From an uncultured Candidatus Saccharibacteria bacterium (lineage in GTDB: Bacteria > Patescibacteriota > Minisyncoccia > Phycocordibacterales > UBA9988), in assembly GCA_964574105.1 (NCBI GenBank), contig CAZNKH010000001.1, positions 17,772 through 55,143 of the forward strand: a stretch of DNA of 37,372 nt. Direction: 5' to 3'. Both the position numbers and the translations under genes were made by a program. The notes beneath the pieces are model-generated. The model ran no database searches. It had not been told where the DNA came from and saw only the letters and a program-made list of their open reading frames with translations. Positions 1 to 8,266 of this stretch are shown in pieces (position 1 is the first letter of the stretch; the number at the start of each line of letters is the position of its first letter).

Positions 1-2103
1 GACGAACTCTTCAATGTGAATATTGGTGAAAATATTTTCGCGCACCAACCGTTCCGAGATGACAATGGCATCCTCGTAGTTAGCTCCCTCCCAGGTCATA
101 AAAGCAACGAATACATTCTGCCCGAGAGACATTTGTCCATTGGAACTAGATGAGGTATCAGCAAGTAGATCTCCCTTCTTCACGGTGTCGTGCAGTGAGA
201 CTGCTGGTCGTTGATGGAAGGCAGTGAAGTCGTTAGTGCGCCCAAAGGTGACGAGCTTGTACTCGCGCTTCTCTCCCTCCTTCCCCTTAATGAGGATATG
301 ATCACCGTCCACTTCTACAACTTCTCCATCAATGTCAGAAAAGATAAGCCGTCCCGTAAAGCGTGCAGCAAGCTCTTCCATTCCTGTTGCCACGAAGGGC
401 GCCTCGGGCTTGACGCATGGTACTGCTTGCTTTTGCATGTTAGAACCCATGAGAGCACGGTTCGCGTCATCATGTTCTAAGAAGGGAATCATTGAGGTTG
501 CCACGGAGTAGGCTTGATTAGGAGCAACATCAATAAAGTGCACATCCTTACGCGCTACCACACCCGGCTTGGTCATAGCGCGCACTTCTACCTCCTCATC
601 AAGGAGGTGCATATCAGCATCGTAGTGGACGCTTGCGTGCGCAATGTTGTACTGCTCTTCATCAAGTGCGTTTAAGTACACTACCTCATCAGTAATGCGT
701 CCGTCGATCACACGGCGATACGGCGTCTCAATGATACCCAGATCATTTATGCGTGCGTAGGTGGTGAGACGGAGAATGAGACCAATATTTGGACCCTCTG
801 GTGTGTGAATGGGGCAGAGACGACCGTAGTGACTCGTATGCACATCACGGACTTCAAAACCGGCACGCTCACGAGTGAGTCCCCCAGGGCCCATGGCCGA
901 GAGGGTACGCAAGTGCTCCACTTCGGCAAGTACATTATCCTGTCGCATAAACTGCGAGAGTTGGTTGGTGGTAAAAAATTCTTTGATGCGTGCCTGAAGG
1001 GGGCGTGGTGAGATAAGCTGAATAGGATACATTGTATCTGCATCGGCAGTAGACATCTTATCTTGAATGTAGCGTTTCATCTGCGTCATACCCACGCGTA
1101 CACGCTGTTGAAGCATCTCGCCCACGAGACGTACACGGCGCAGCCCCAAGTGATCAATGTCATCCTCCTTAGCACCCTTAGTGCTGTTTAGAGTGATGAT
1201 GTGACTCATAATGCGGACGATGTCGTCAAAGGAAAGGATACGAGCATCTGCATCCTTACCACTCACAGAGAGCCCGAAGCGTTGATTGAGGCGATAGCGG
1301 CCGACGAGAGAGAGATCGTAGCGATCACCAGAGAATAGATTCTGAATGAATTCGCGTGCGCCAGAGACCGTTACGAGGTCAGAATCGCGAAGTCGTTTGT
1401 AGACTTCAACAAAGGTCTGATCAATTGAGCTAAAAGCCTCTTTGTCTAAGGTGTTTTTGATGTAGGGAATCTCGGTCTCAAGATCTGCGAAAGCTTTTTG
1501 GATTGCCTCGGTGTTACTCTTACCATTCGCATCACCAAAGATGCGCAAGAGCGCGGTTGCCGGAAGCTTGCGTTTGCGATCAATGCGCACATAGATACAG
1601 CCATCCAACTCTGTTTCAAACTCAATCCACGCTCCGCGAGAGGGAATGATTTTTGCACCAAAGTGCTTTTTACCACGCAGGTCGTTAGCGGTGAAAAAGA
1701 CGCCAAAGCTGCGCGCAAGCTGTGGAACGACGACACGCTCAATACCGTTGATGATGAAAGTGCCGTGCTCTGTCATTAGAGGAAAGTCGGCGAGGAAAAT
1801 TTTCTGCTCATGCTCAAAGTTCTTGCTCTTGAGAACCACGCTTGCAACCAAAGGTGCTTCGTAGGTGAGATTGTTCTCTTTGACATGCTGCTCGTCGTAC
1901 TTTGGTTCCTCAATAGCAAAATCTCTGAAGGTCAGATCAAACTTCTTCTCTGAGTAGTCCTTGATGGGAGAAAACTCTTTAAAAACTTCAGCCAGACCAT
2001 CCTTGGCAAGCCAGCGGAACGAGTTGAGCTGAAGTTCAACAAGATCGGGAACCTTAGCGAGGGGCTTCTTATACTTTGAAAAGTACTTTTTGGTGAGCTT
2101 CAT
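1..2103 (-). CDS. rpoB: DNA-directed RNA polymerase beta subunit, N-terminal 701 codons. The 3' end runs off the window, so it is absent from the ORF track.
   Basis: Manual minus-strand translation from the ATG at 2103..2101 gives MKLTKKYFSKYKKPLAKVPDLVELQLNSFRWL...FLADFPLMTEHGTFIINGIERVVV. At the window edge it reads GQNVFVAFMTWEGANYEDAIVISERLVRENIFTNIHIEEFV. These are classic RpoB blocks, and the frame stays open for all 2103 nt. Confidence 0.95.
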   Translation of the reverse strand, partial: MKLTKKYFSKYKKPLAKVPDLVELQLNSFRWLAKDGLAEVFKEFSPIKDYSEKKFDLTFRDFAIEEPKYDEQHVKENNLTYEAPLVASVVLKSKNFEHEQKIFLADFPLMTEHGTFIINGIERVVVPQLARSFGVFFTANDLRGKKHFGAKIIPSRGAWIEFETELDGCIYVRIDRKRKLPATALLRIFGDANGKSNTEAIQKAFADLETEIPYIKNTLDKEAFSSIDQTFVEVYKRLRDSDLVTVSGAREFIQNLFSGDRYDLSLVGRYRLNQRFGLSVSGKDADARILSFDDIVRIMSHIITLNSTKGAKEDDIDHLGLRRVRLVGEMLQQRVRVGMTQMKRYIQDKMSTADADTMYPIQLISPRPLQARIKEFFTTNQLSQFMRQDNVLAEVEHLRTLSAMGPGGLTRERAGFEVRDVHTSHYGRLCPIHTPEGPNIGLILRLTTYARINDLGIIETPYRRVIDGRITDEVVYLNALDEEQYNIAHASVHYDADMHLLDEEVEVRAMTKPGVVARKDVHFIDVAPNQAYSVATSMIPFLEHDDANRALMGSNMQKQAVPCVKPEAPFVATGMEELAARFTGRLIFSDIDGEVVEVDGDHILIKGKEGEKREYKLVTFGRTNDFTAFHQRPAVSLHDTVKKGDLLADTSSSSNGQMSLGQNVFVAFMTWEGANYEDAIVISERLVRENIFTNIHIEEFV

Positions 2104-2229
2104 AACAAAAAATATGGGCGCAAAAATATACCCAAAAAAAGAATTACCTGTTAAAAGGTTATGAGAGAGAACTAGCTTATAATTGTGTTAGCAAATATCG
2201 TAACTCAATCGTAGCTAAACATAGAAAGG

Positions 2230-2258
2230 AGTATATACGAGCATCCTCTCCTTGTCAA
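2230..2258 (-). promoter_or_regulatory. Putative sigma70-type promoter upstream of rpoB
   Basis: The minus strand reads TTGACA (2258..2253), a 17-nt spacer, then TATACT (2235..2230). It overlaps the trmD stop codon. It predicts a leader of about 120 nt to the rpoB ATG. An ATG lies 7 nt after the -10 (see findings). Confidence 0.4.
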
Positions 2259-2896
2259 ATCCTCTTGGAGCGATAGGAATCTATATTTTTGTGGTGACCT
2301 GAAAGGAGGACCTTGGGGACGCGATACTTTTTACCCTTGTAGGTAAGTACCTCGGGTCGTGTGTAGGTTTCACCGCTCGTAACTCTCCCCTCTTCTAAGG
2401 ACTCTGTCTTACCTAATACACCGGGAATATGACGAGAAACAGCATCAATAATAATGAGTGCGGGAAGCTCACCACCTGTGAGCGTGTAGGGTCCAGCGGA
2501 TATTTCCTCTGCCTTAAGTATTTTTTTTACTCGCGCATCAATACCCTCGTAATGCCCTGCGATAAGCACAAGCTCATCATATTTTTTTGCATACTGTTGT
2601 GCTTCCTTTCGCGTAAACTGCTTTCCCCGCGGAGACATAATGAGTATCTTTCTCTGTGTGTCTTTTCTAAGACGAAGTGAGTTCACCGCCTCCACAAGAG
2701 GAAGGGCCTTCATCACCATACCGGGTCCACCACCGTAGGGCTTGTCGTCAGCTTTTTTGTGTGAATCCGTACAAAAATCACGAGGGTTGATCGTTTGTAC
2801 AGAAATAGACTTATTCATCGTGGCGCGCTTGATCATTGAGGAGCCACGGTACGAGTCCAAACTTTCGGGGAAAAGTGTGATAACAAAAAATCTCAT
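2255..2896 (-). CDS. trmD: tRNA (guanine37-N1)-methyltransferase
   Basis: MRFFVITLFPESL...PYGGGPGMVM...IAGHYEGIDARV...TGGELPALIIIDAVSRHIPGVLG are TrmD/SPOUT motifs. I moved the start to ATG 2896 because homologues begin MxFxVITLFPE and a TATAAT lies 6 nt upstream. The ORF-track start at 2932 remains an alternative. Confidence 0.9.
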   Translation of the reverse strand: MRFFVITLFPESLDSYRGSSMIKRATMNKSISVQTINPRDFCTDSHKKADDKPYGGGPGMVMKALPLVEAVNSLRLRKDTQRKILIMSPRGKQFTRKEAQQYAKKYDELVLIAGHYEGIDARVKKILKAEEISAGPYTLTGGELPALIIIDAVSRHIPGVLGKTESLEEGRVTSGETYTRPEVLTYKGKKYRVPKVLLSGHHKNIDSYRSKRI

Positions 2897-2902
2897 CTCC
2901 TT

Positions 2903-2931
2903 ATTATACAACAATCCCGCCCTATTGTACA
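2903..2931 (-). promoter_or_regulatory. Putative internal promoter for trmD with leaderless geometry
   Basis: The minus strand reads TGTACA (2931..2926), 17 nt, TATAAT (2908..2903), then 6 nt (aaggag) and ATG 2896. The AAGGAG has zero spacing to the ATG, so it is unlikely to act as a Shine-Dalgarno sequence. Confidence 0.35.
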
Positions 2932-2945
2932 TAGGACGGGATTGT
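2911..2945 (-). repeat. Inverted repeat with a 15-bp stem and 5-nt loop between the KH gene and trmD
   Basis: The plus strand reads acaatcccgccctat tgtac ataggacgggattgt. On the minus-strand (sense) RNA the single imperfect position is a U-G wobble. On the plus-strand RNA it would be a C-A mismatch. No U-run follows on either strand. Confidence 0.5.
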
Positions 2946-2961
2946 ATATCTTCTCTAAGAC

Positions 2962-3306
2962 TTAAAACTGGAGATCAGCCATTGCTTGATCCACAGTCTT
3001 GGCGGCTGCCGTATTCGCAGTCATCGCAGCTCCATCGTCTGCAAAGTGACGTCCTCCCTCTGGCTCATTGATTTTCAAATTGACACGAGCATTGTTCTTC
3101 ATCCCCACAACACGCAGAAGTGTGCGAATAGCCTTTGCCGTATTACCACTCCTTCCAATCACTTTCCCCATATCGGCGGGGTTGAGATCTAGGGTAAGAA
3201 GTACGCCCATCTCGTCCACTGACCTTCCGATCTTTACATCATTCGGATTATCCACAAGAGCCTTGATAACATTCTCAAGAAACTCCTGATCAGAGTATTC
3301 TGACAT
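2962..3306 (-). CDS. KH-domain RNA-binding protein (YlqC/UPF0109-like)
   Basis: GKVIGRSGNTAKAIRTLL matches the KH GxxG loop region. The gene sits in the usual position between rpsP and trmD. I chose ATG 3306 over TTG 3315. The protein carries an Ala-rich C-terminal tail of about 35 aa. Confidence 0.8.
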   Translation of the reverse strand: MSEYSDQEFLENVIKALVDNPNDVKIGRSVDEMGVLLTLDLNPADMGKVIGRSGNTAKAIRTLLRVVGMKNNARVNLKINEPEGGRHFADDGAAMTANTAAAKTVDQAMADLQF

Positions 3307-3355
3307 ACAATACAATAACGATTGCTGTTAATTAATCAACCTACGCTTTAGTATA

Positions 3356-3739
3356 CTAAACTGTCTCTTCTGCTTCAACAACAGGAGCTACTTCTTCTGC
3401 TAGCTCTGCTGGAGTTTCTGCGAGAGGAGCAGGAGCGGGAGCAACCTCTTCAACTTTTACAGGAACGGTCTTCTTTGGGAGTACATTTCGCTTTTTATCT
3501 GAAATGATTTTTGCAGTGATTAACAAATTGTGTACAGTACCAGAGGTCTGTGCACCACGCCCCATCCAGTATGTAACTCTATCGGCATCTATGGTATGCA
3601 CATCCTTACGAGGGTCATAGTTACCTAGGATCTCAAGGAAAGATCCCGGTTTTTTTGCGGCAGTACTGTGCTCTGTCACGACCACACGAAATGATGGGTC
3701 ATTCTTGCGGCCAACGCGCTGTAATCTGATTTTCAGCAT
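3356..3739 (-). CDS. rpsP: 30S ribosomal protein S16 with an A/E/P/V-rich C-terminal tail
   Basis: MLKIRLQRVGRKNDPSFRVVV...GNYDPRKD...DADRVTYWMGRGAQTSGTV is the S16 signature. Confidence 0.95.
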   Translation of the reverse strand: MLKIRLQRVGRKNDPSFRVVVTEHSTAAKKPGSFLEILGNYDPRKDVHTIDADRVTYWMGRGAQTSGTVHNLLITAKIISDKKRNVLPKKTVPVKVEEVAPAPAPLAETPAELAEEVAPVVEAEETV

Positions 3740-3748
3740 ACGGGCTCA

Positions 3749-3778
3749 ACTATATCAAACAAGATGCATATCCGTCAA
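3749..3778 (-). promoter_or_regulatory. Putative promoter of rpsP with leaderless geometry
   Basis: The minus strand reads TTGACG (3778..3773), 18 nt, TATAGT (3754..3749), 9 nt, ATG 3739. There is no SD-like run. Confidence 0.45.
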
Positions 3779-3794
3779 TTCGCCGTGGCAGATG

Positions 3795-3803
3795 TGCTAT
3801 GAT
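3795..3803 (+). promoter_or_regulatory. Putative extended -10 promoter of rnr with leaderless geometry
   Basis: TGcTATGAT at 3795..3803 is followed by 6 nt (ggcaca) and then ATG 3810. Confidence 0.4.
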
Positions 3804-3809
3804 GGCACA

Positions 3810-5321
3810 ATGAAAAAAATCAGCCCACAAAGACGAGAAATAACCCCTCGCCAACCGCTCCCCGGCCCTTTTTCCCATGCCGTGCTCCAGGAAGCGAAGG
3901 CGCTCCTTACTCGTGAAGTAGAAATCATGGAGAAAGAGCAGGGTATACGGCGTGATTTTCGTGAGATCCCTACTATCACCATAGATCCAAAAGATGCAAA
4001 AGACTTTGACGATGCTATCTCCTTCCGTGTGCTCTCCGACGGCAGTCGTGAGGTTGGCATACACATTGCCGATGTCTCTTTTTTTGTTAGCCCCGGATCA
4101 GCATTAGACAAGGAGGCAAACAAACGGGCAACATCAATCTATCTCGTTAATCGCGTCATTCCTATGCTCCCAGAAGAGCTCTCTAATAACCTCTGCTCTA
4201 TCGTACCGGGAAAAGATAGACTCTGCTACTCTGCAGTGTTTGAAGTAAAGCAAGATGGGAGCATTAGTAAAGAATGGCTTGGAAGAAGCATCATCCGCTC
4301 CAATGCTCGCCTTACCTATGAAGAAGCGCAAACAATCATGGATGGCGCGCCACACGCCTACGCAAAAGAGATACAAGCACTCACTGGTATTACACGAAAG
4401 CTCCGCACACAAAAATTGGCACAGGGAGCCATTGCTATCCACGACACTGAACTACGCTGTGAACTGGATGCAAACGGCAAAGCAATCTCCTTCTATGTAG
4501 TACCGCATATAGAGAGTCACCAATTGATTGAAGACCTGATGCTCCTCGCTAATCGCCGTGTAGCAGAGTATGCATCACACGCAGTTAAGAATAAGTCGGG
4601 AGCCTTTGTTTATCGCATCCATGACACACCTGACATGGATAAGATTACATTTCTTGATCTCTACGCACGACCACTCGGTTACACTATACTTCGCGGACAC
4701 GCAGTAGATCCTGCAGAGCTCAATCGTCTTTTGATTGAGGTACTGGGAACGCCACACCAGTACTTTGTACACTCGGCAACTCTCCGGTCAATGGCAAAAG
4801 CCATTTACTCAACCAAAAATATTGGACACTTTGGACTCGCCTTTAAGCACTACACGCACTTTACTTCTCCTATCCGCCGTTATCCCGACCTACTTGTACA
4901 CAGACTTCTTTCCGAATACCTCGCAGGAAGGACGGTCAAAGAGAATGTGCTCAAGGATTGTGACAAGGCAGCACTCCACGCCACAGAACGAGAGGTAATT
5001 GCCGCAGAAGCAGAACGGGAATCACTCAAAGAAAAGCAGGTAGAGTACCTCTCCGAGCGCTTAGGGATGGAGAGCAGTGGCATCATCACAGGTGTGACCA
5101 ATTTCGGCATTTTCGTTCGTGAGGAGACGACAGGGGCGGATGGACTCATCCATGTCACCAAGCTCCCTGACGACTACTATATTTTTGACGAACAAAAAAT
5201 GATGCTCACCGGCGAAAGGACAAAGAAAAATTTCCGTCTCGGCGACTCCGTCCGTATCAGGGTCTCTCGTGTAAACCAAGAGCGCAATCAGATTGATTAC
5301 GAACTATGCAATAACGCCTAA
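3810..5321 (+). CDS. rnr: RNase II/R-family 3'-5' exoribonuclease, short form with RNB and S1 domains only
   Basis: ITIDPKDAKDFDDAISF is RNB motif I. GHFGLAFKHYTHFTSPIRRYPDLLVHR is also typical of the RNB domain. A C-terminal S1-like segment reads GIITGVTNFGIFV...GLIHV. I chose the start at MKKISPQ (3810) because the ORF-track start at 3705 would overlap rpsP. Confidence 0.85.
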   Translation: MKKISPQRREITPRQPLPGPFSHAVLQEAKALLTREVEIMEKEQGIRRDFREIPTITIDPKDAKDFDDAISFRVLSDGSREVGIHIADVSFFVSPGSALDKEANKRATSIYLVNRVIPMLPEELSNNLCSIVPGKDRLCYSAVFEVKQDGSISKEWLGRSIIRSNARLTYEEAQTIMDGAPHAYAKEIQALTGITRKLRTQKLAQGAIAIHDTELRCELDANGKAISFYVVPHIESHQLIEDLMLLANRRVAEYASHAVKNKSGAFVYRIHDTPDMDKITFLDLYARPLGYTILRGHAVDPAELNRLLIEVLGTPHQYFVHSATLRSMAKAIYSTKNIGHFGLAFKHYTHFTSPIRRYPDLLVHRLLSEYLAGRTVKENVLKDCDKAALHATEREVIAAEAERESLKEKQVEYLSERLGMESSGIITGVTNFGIFVREETTGADGLIHVTKLPDDYYIFDEQKMMLTGERTKKNFRLGDSVRIRVSRVNQERNQIDYELCNNA

Positions 5322-5350
5322 AATGTTAAACACCGAGTGTTTAACATTTT
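5320..5350. terminator. Bidirectional intrinsic terminator between convergent rnr and smc
   Basis: A perfect 14-bp stem, aaaatgttaaacac (5320-5333) pairing with gtgtttaacatttt (5337-5350), has a 3-nt loop. A T-run follows on the plus strand and an equivalent run follows on the minus strand. It abuts both stop codons. Confidence 0.6.
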
Positions 5351-7540
5351 TTACTTTGCGACCACGGCCGCCTCGTCAAAACGAATGGAAAGAAGTTTTG
5401 AGATAGAGTCGGCGGTCATGGTCACCCCGTAAAGGATACCGGCTCGGCTCATAGTCTCACGATTGTGGGTAATTACAATGAGCTGGGAAAACTTGGAGAG
5501 ATTTTCTATCATATCGCCATAGCGGCGTGAATTTGCCTCATCCAAGGCCGCATCCGTCTCGTCAAGAATGAGAAATGGAGGCGGATTAACTTGTGAGATA
5601 GCAAATAGAAGCGCAATAGAAGTGAGTGCCCGCTCTCCTCCAGAAAGCATATGGATACCGCGAATTCTTTTGCGCGGGAGTGATACAGAAATATCTATCC
5701 CCGTTTCTTCTTCCCCTTCTTCAGTCTCTTCCTCACCATGCTTATGTCGCTTTGCTTTGATAACAAAAATGGATGCCGTCCCTCCTCCAAACATCAGCGA
5801 GAAAAAGTTTTGAAACTCGGCATTAATCTTTTCTATCCCCTCATAGAACTCGTGCTCTAGCGTCTCTTCTAACTCTCGTAGTACCTGATGTAAGGACTGC
5901 TCACTCGCATGAAGATCCTCTAACTCGCGTGCGAGGTAACTGTCGCGCTCAGAAACTTCCTCATATTCTTTCGCAATATCTTCTCCTCCAGCACCCAGAT
6001 CCTCCAGTTTAAAGCGAAGTCTATCAATCTGCTTACGAAGTGCTTCTTGTGCGTCTCTTTCCTCAAGCGCCACACCCTCTTCCTGAGAGTAATTCAACGC
6101 TTCGCGACCAATCAAGATTCGAGCTTCTTCAAGAAGTAACTTAAAATCCCGCTCAGCACTCTCGTACGCCGCCCTCTTGAGTGAAAGTGTCTCCAGCTCT
6201 TGACGGAGTTCAGAGCGTTGCGACTTAAGATCGTAAAGTGCGCGCTCCTGTTCGCGCAGATGTGACTCTGATTCTGTAATGCGCGTACGAAGTGTCTCTG
6301 CCTCGGCGCGGAGAGCCTCTTCACGGGTAAGCACCATACCGAGCGCGCGCTCCAAAGTCTCTTTCTCCCGCATAAGTCCACTCAAAGCGTGACGGCGCTC
6401 TTCTGCTGCGCCGGCAAAGCGGTGTAAGAATGAACTGATACGCTCGCGAATATCCATAAGCACCTGCTTCAATGTTTGCGGGTCAACACTTTCTTCTCCC
6501 GCAGTAAGCGACTCGGTAATCCCTGAGGTAAGTTCACGCACATGGGAGAAAGATATCTGCAAATCCCCTTCTACACTATCTGCATCAACTGCTTCACTCC
6601 GTACCTCAATCATCCCCTCTACGCGCCCCAGCTTGCGTGCTAACTTTCCGCGTTCTGCCTCAGCCGCTGCAATATCACGACGCAATCCTGTCAACGCGCG
6701 TTCATCATCACTCTCACTATGCTCTTCACGAGAGAGGAAGGTCTCTGCTTCTCGTAATTTTTCTTCCACTTCAGAAAGAAGAGAAAGTGGTACACGACGA
6801 GCTATCTCCAAGCTTTCTTTTTCGCGTGAAAGATATGCTTCTTCATTAGAAAGATAGCGTTTGTAGAGACCAGTAAGTTCACGCCGCACATCCTCTGCTT
6901 GGCGCAATTTTTCCATTTGTTTTCCTAAAAATCTGAGGTGGGGAGCAATCTCTTTGCGAAGAGCATCAACTTGTCGTAAATTTTCTTGTGTTTTTTCCAG
7001 TTTTTTCTCACTTTCAGCAATCTTTAAATGATAGACCGTAAGAGAGAGTGCTTCTTCAATCATGCTCTCACGCTCGCGCGGACTTGCACGCAAGATTCTA
7101 TCCGCCTCTCCTTGCGAAATGATGTGGTGGCTAGTACTACCGAGCCCTACTGACGCGAGGAGCTCAACAATGTCCTTAAGCCGTACTTTTGAACGGTTAA
7201 GAAAATAGTCATTGACACCATCACTGTGCACCTCACGCGTGATCGCAACCTCATCAAATTCAAGTGGCAGGATGCGGTCACGATTATCAAATGTAAGGGT
7301 AACTGATGCTCTGGACTGGCGAGGAACAGATCCCGAGCCGTTAAATATGAGGTCTTCTCCGCGCTTCCCGCGTAGTGTCTTCAGTGATTGTTCACCTAAG
7401 ACCCAGCGGAAGGCCTCTGCAACATTACTCTTACCAGATCCATTGGGTCCAACGATTGCAGTGATAGGCGCGTCAAAAGTGAGTACTGTTTTCTTTGCAA
7501 ACGATTTAAAACCAGAGAGTTCTAGACTCTGTAATTGCAT
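5351..7540 (-). CDS. smc: SMC-family chromosome condensation ATPase, unusually short (729 aa)
   Basis: The N-terminal head reads FKSFAKKTVLTFDAPITAIVGPNGSGKSNVAEAFRWVLGEQS (Walker A). The C-terminal head reads LSGGERALTSIALLFAISQVNPPPFLILDETDAALD (signature plus Walker B). The region between is heptad-rich. Confidence 0.8.
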   Translation of the reverse strand: MQLQSLELSGFKSFAKKTVLTFDAPITAIVGPNGSGKSNVAEAFRWVLGEQSLKTLRGKRGEDLIFNGSGSVPRQSRASVTLTFDNRDRILPLEFDEVAITREVHSDGVNDYFLNRSKVRLKDIVELLASVGLGSTSHHIISQGEADRILRASPRERESMIEEALSLTVYHLKIAESEKKLEKTQENLRQVDALRKEIAPHLRFLGKQMEKLRQAEDVRRELTGLYKRYLSNEEAYLSREKESLEIARRVPLSLLSEVEEKLREAETFLSREEHSESDDERALTGLRRDIAAAEAERGKLARKLGRVEGMIEVRSEAVDADSVEGDLQISFSHVRELTSGITESLTAGEESVDPQTLKQVLMDIRERISSFLHRFAGAAEERRHALSGLMREKETLERALGMVLTREEALRAEAETLRTRITESESHLREQERALYDLKSQRSELRQELETLSLKRAAYESAERDFKLLLEEARILIGREALNYSQEEGVALEERDAQEALRKQIDRLRFKLEDLGAGGEDIAKEYEEVSERDSYLARELEDLHASEQSLHQVLRELEETLEHEFYEGIEKINAEFQNFFSLMFGGGTASIFVIKAKRHKHGEEETEEGEEETGIDISVSLPRKRIRGIHMLSGGERALTSIALLFAISQVNPPPFLILDETDAALDEANSRRYGDMIENLSKFSQLIVITHNRETMSRAGILYGVTMTADSISKLLSIRFDEAAVVAK

Positions 7541-7546
7541 ACGGCT

Positions 7547-7555
7547 ATTGTATCA
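7547..7555 (-). promoter_or_regulatory. Putative extended -10 promoter of smc with leaderless geometry
   Basis: The minus strand reads TGaTACAAT (7555..7547), 6 nt, ATG 7540. It lies in the 18-nt gap after the rnc stop. Confidence 0.4.
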
Positions 7556-7558
7556 GGT

Positions 7559-8266
7559 TTATGAGCGAGGACTCCAGTGCTTCTCACTGAGTGCTTTGCG
7601 AGCTGCGTCTTGTTCCGCCTCCTGTTTTGAGTGACCCGCCCCCTGAGAGATCTGTGTTGATCCCAAAAATACTCCAACGATAAATTTTTTATTATGATCG
7701 GGACCAGACTCTGCTAAGACTTGATAATTGGGGGTAATACCCTCTTTCTCTTGTGCCTGCTCCTGAAAAAAACTTTTAGCATCCAGCCAAAGATTATCGG
7801 CAAGGATAGTTTCTAAGCGAGGAATGAGATATTCGACAATAAAGGCACGAGCTTTTTCATAACCCTGATCCAGATAGAGCGCGCCTACAACCGCCTCATA
7901 GGTATTAGCAAGAATCACCTGTCGCGCACGGCCTTCATCTTTCGCCTCTCCCCGTGAAAGGAGGAGATAGTCGTTCATAGTAAGCTTTTGCGCTACCTGT
8001 GAGATGGTTACCGCGTTTACCAGTGCGGAGCGGTATGAGGTTAGCGTCCCCTCATCCTCCTTGGGGTATGTTTTGTAAAGGTAGTCAGTTACCACCAGCT
8101 CTAATACTGCGTCACCTAAAAATTCTAAGCGCTCATTATGCCCGAGTCGTGATTTGGGATTCTCGTTTAAGAATGAACGGTGGATAAAGGCCTGCTCAAG
8201 CAAATCCTTATCGGTAAATGTCACTCCGATATGTGCTTCAAAAGAAGAAAAGTCTGGTTCTCTCAT
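7559..8266 (-). CDS. rnc: Ribonuclease III
   Basis: NERLEFLGDAVLELVV is the RNase III signature. A C-terminal dsRBD reads GPDHNKKFIVGV...GAGHSKQEAEQDAARKAL. The start overlaps the upstream stop as ATGA. Confidence 0.9.
   Translation of the reverse strand: MREPDFSSFEAHIGVTFTDKDLLEQAFIHRSFLNENPKSRLGHNERLEFLGDAVLELVVTDYLYKTYPKEDEGTLTSYRSALVNAVTISQVAQKLTMNDYLLLSRGEAKDEGRARQVILANTYEAVVGALYLDQGYEKARAFIVEYLIPRLETILADNLWLDAKSFFQEQAQEKEGITPNYQVLAESGPDHNKKFIVGVFLGSTQISQGAGHSKQEAEQDAARKALSEKHWSPRS

Noticed and set aside
2897-2902. AAGGAG upstream of trmD read as a Shine-Dalgarno sequence.
   Set aside because: It abuts the ATG with zero spacing, which is too close for SD function. It fits better as the 6-nt segment between TATAAT and the start codon, as at the other leaderless-type sites.
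3705-3809. The upstream extension of the rnr ORF offered by the ORF track. Analogous long extensions are offered for the GT2 (29993), the giant GT (35795), trmD (2932), rpmF (9493) and the repeat protein (23472).
   Set aside because: The extensions overlap neighbouring well-supported genes or use TTG/GTG codons. They add residues with no homology. The internal ATGs coincide with homologue N-termini and with -10 boxes or stop/start coupling.
8263-8266. Possible alternative genetic code with UGA recoded, as in some candidate phyla.
   Set aside because: TGA terminates the nusB-Nudix gene, rpsB (20964-20966) and the GT4 gene (31934-31936). It does so at positions that match homologue lengths and ATGA start overlaps. 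No in-frame TGA interrupts any recognisable gene.
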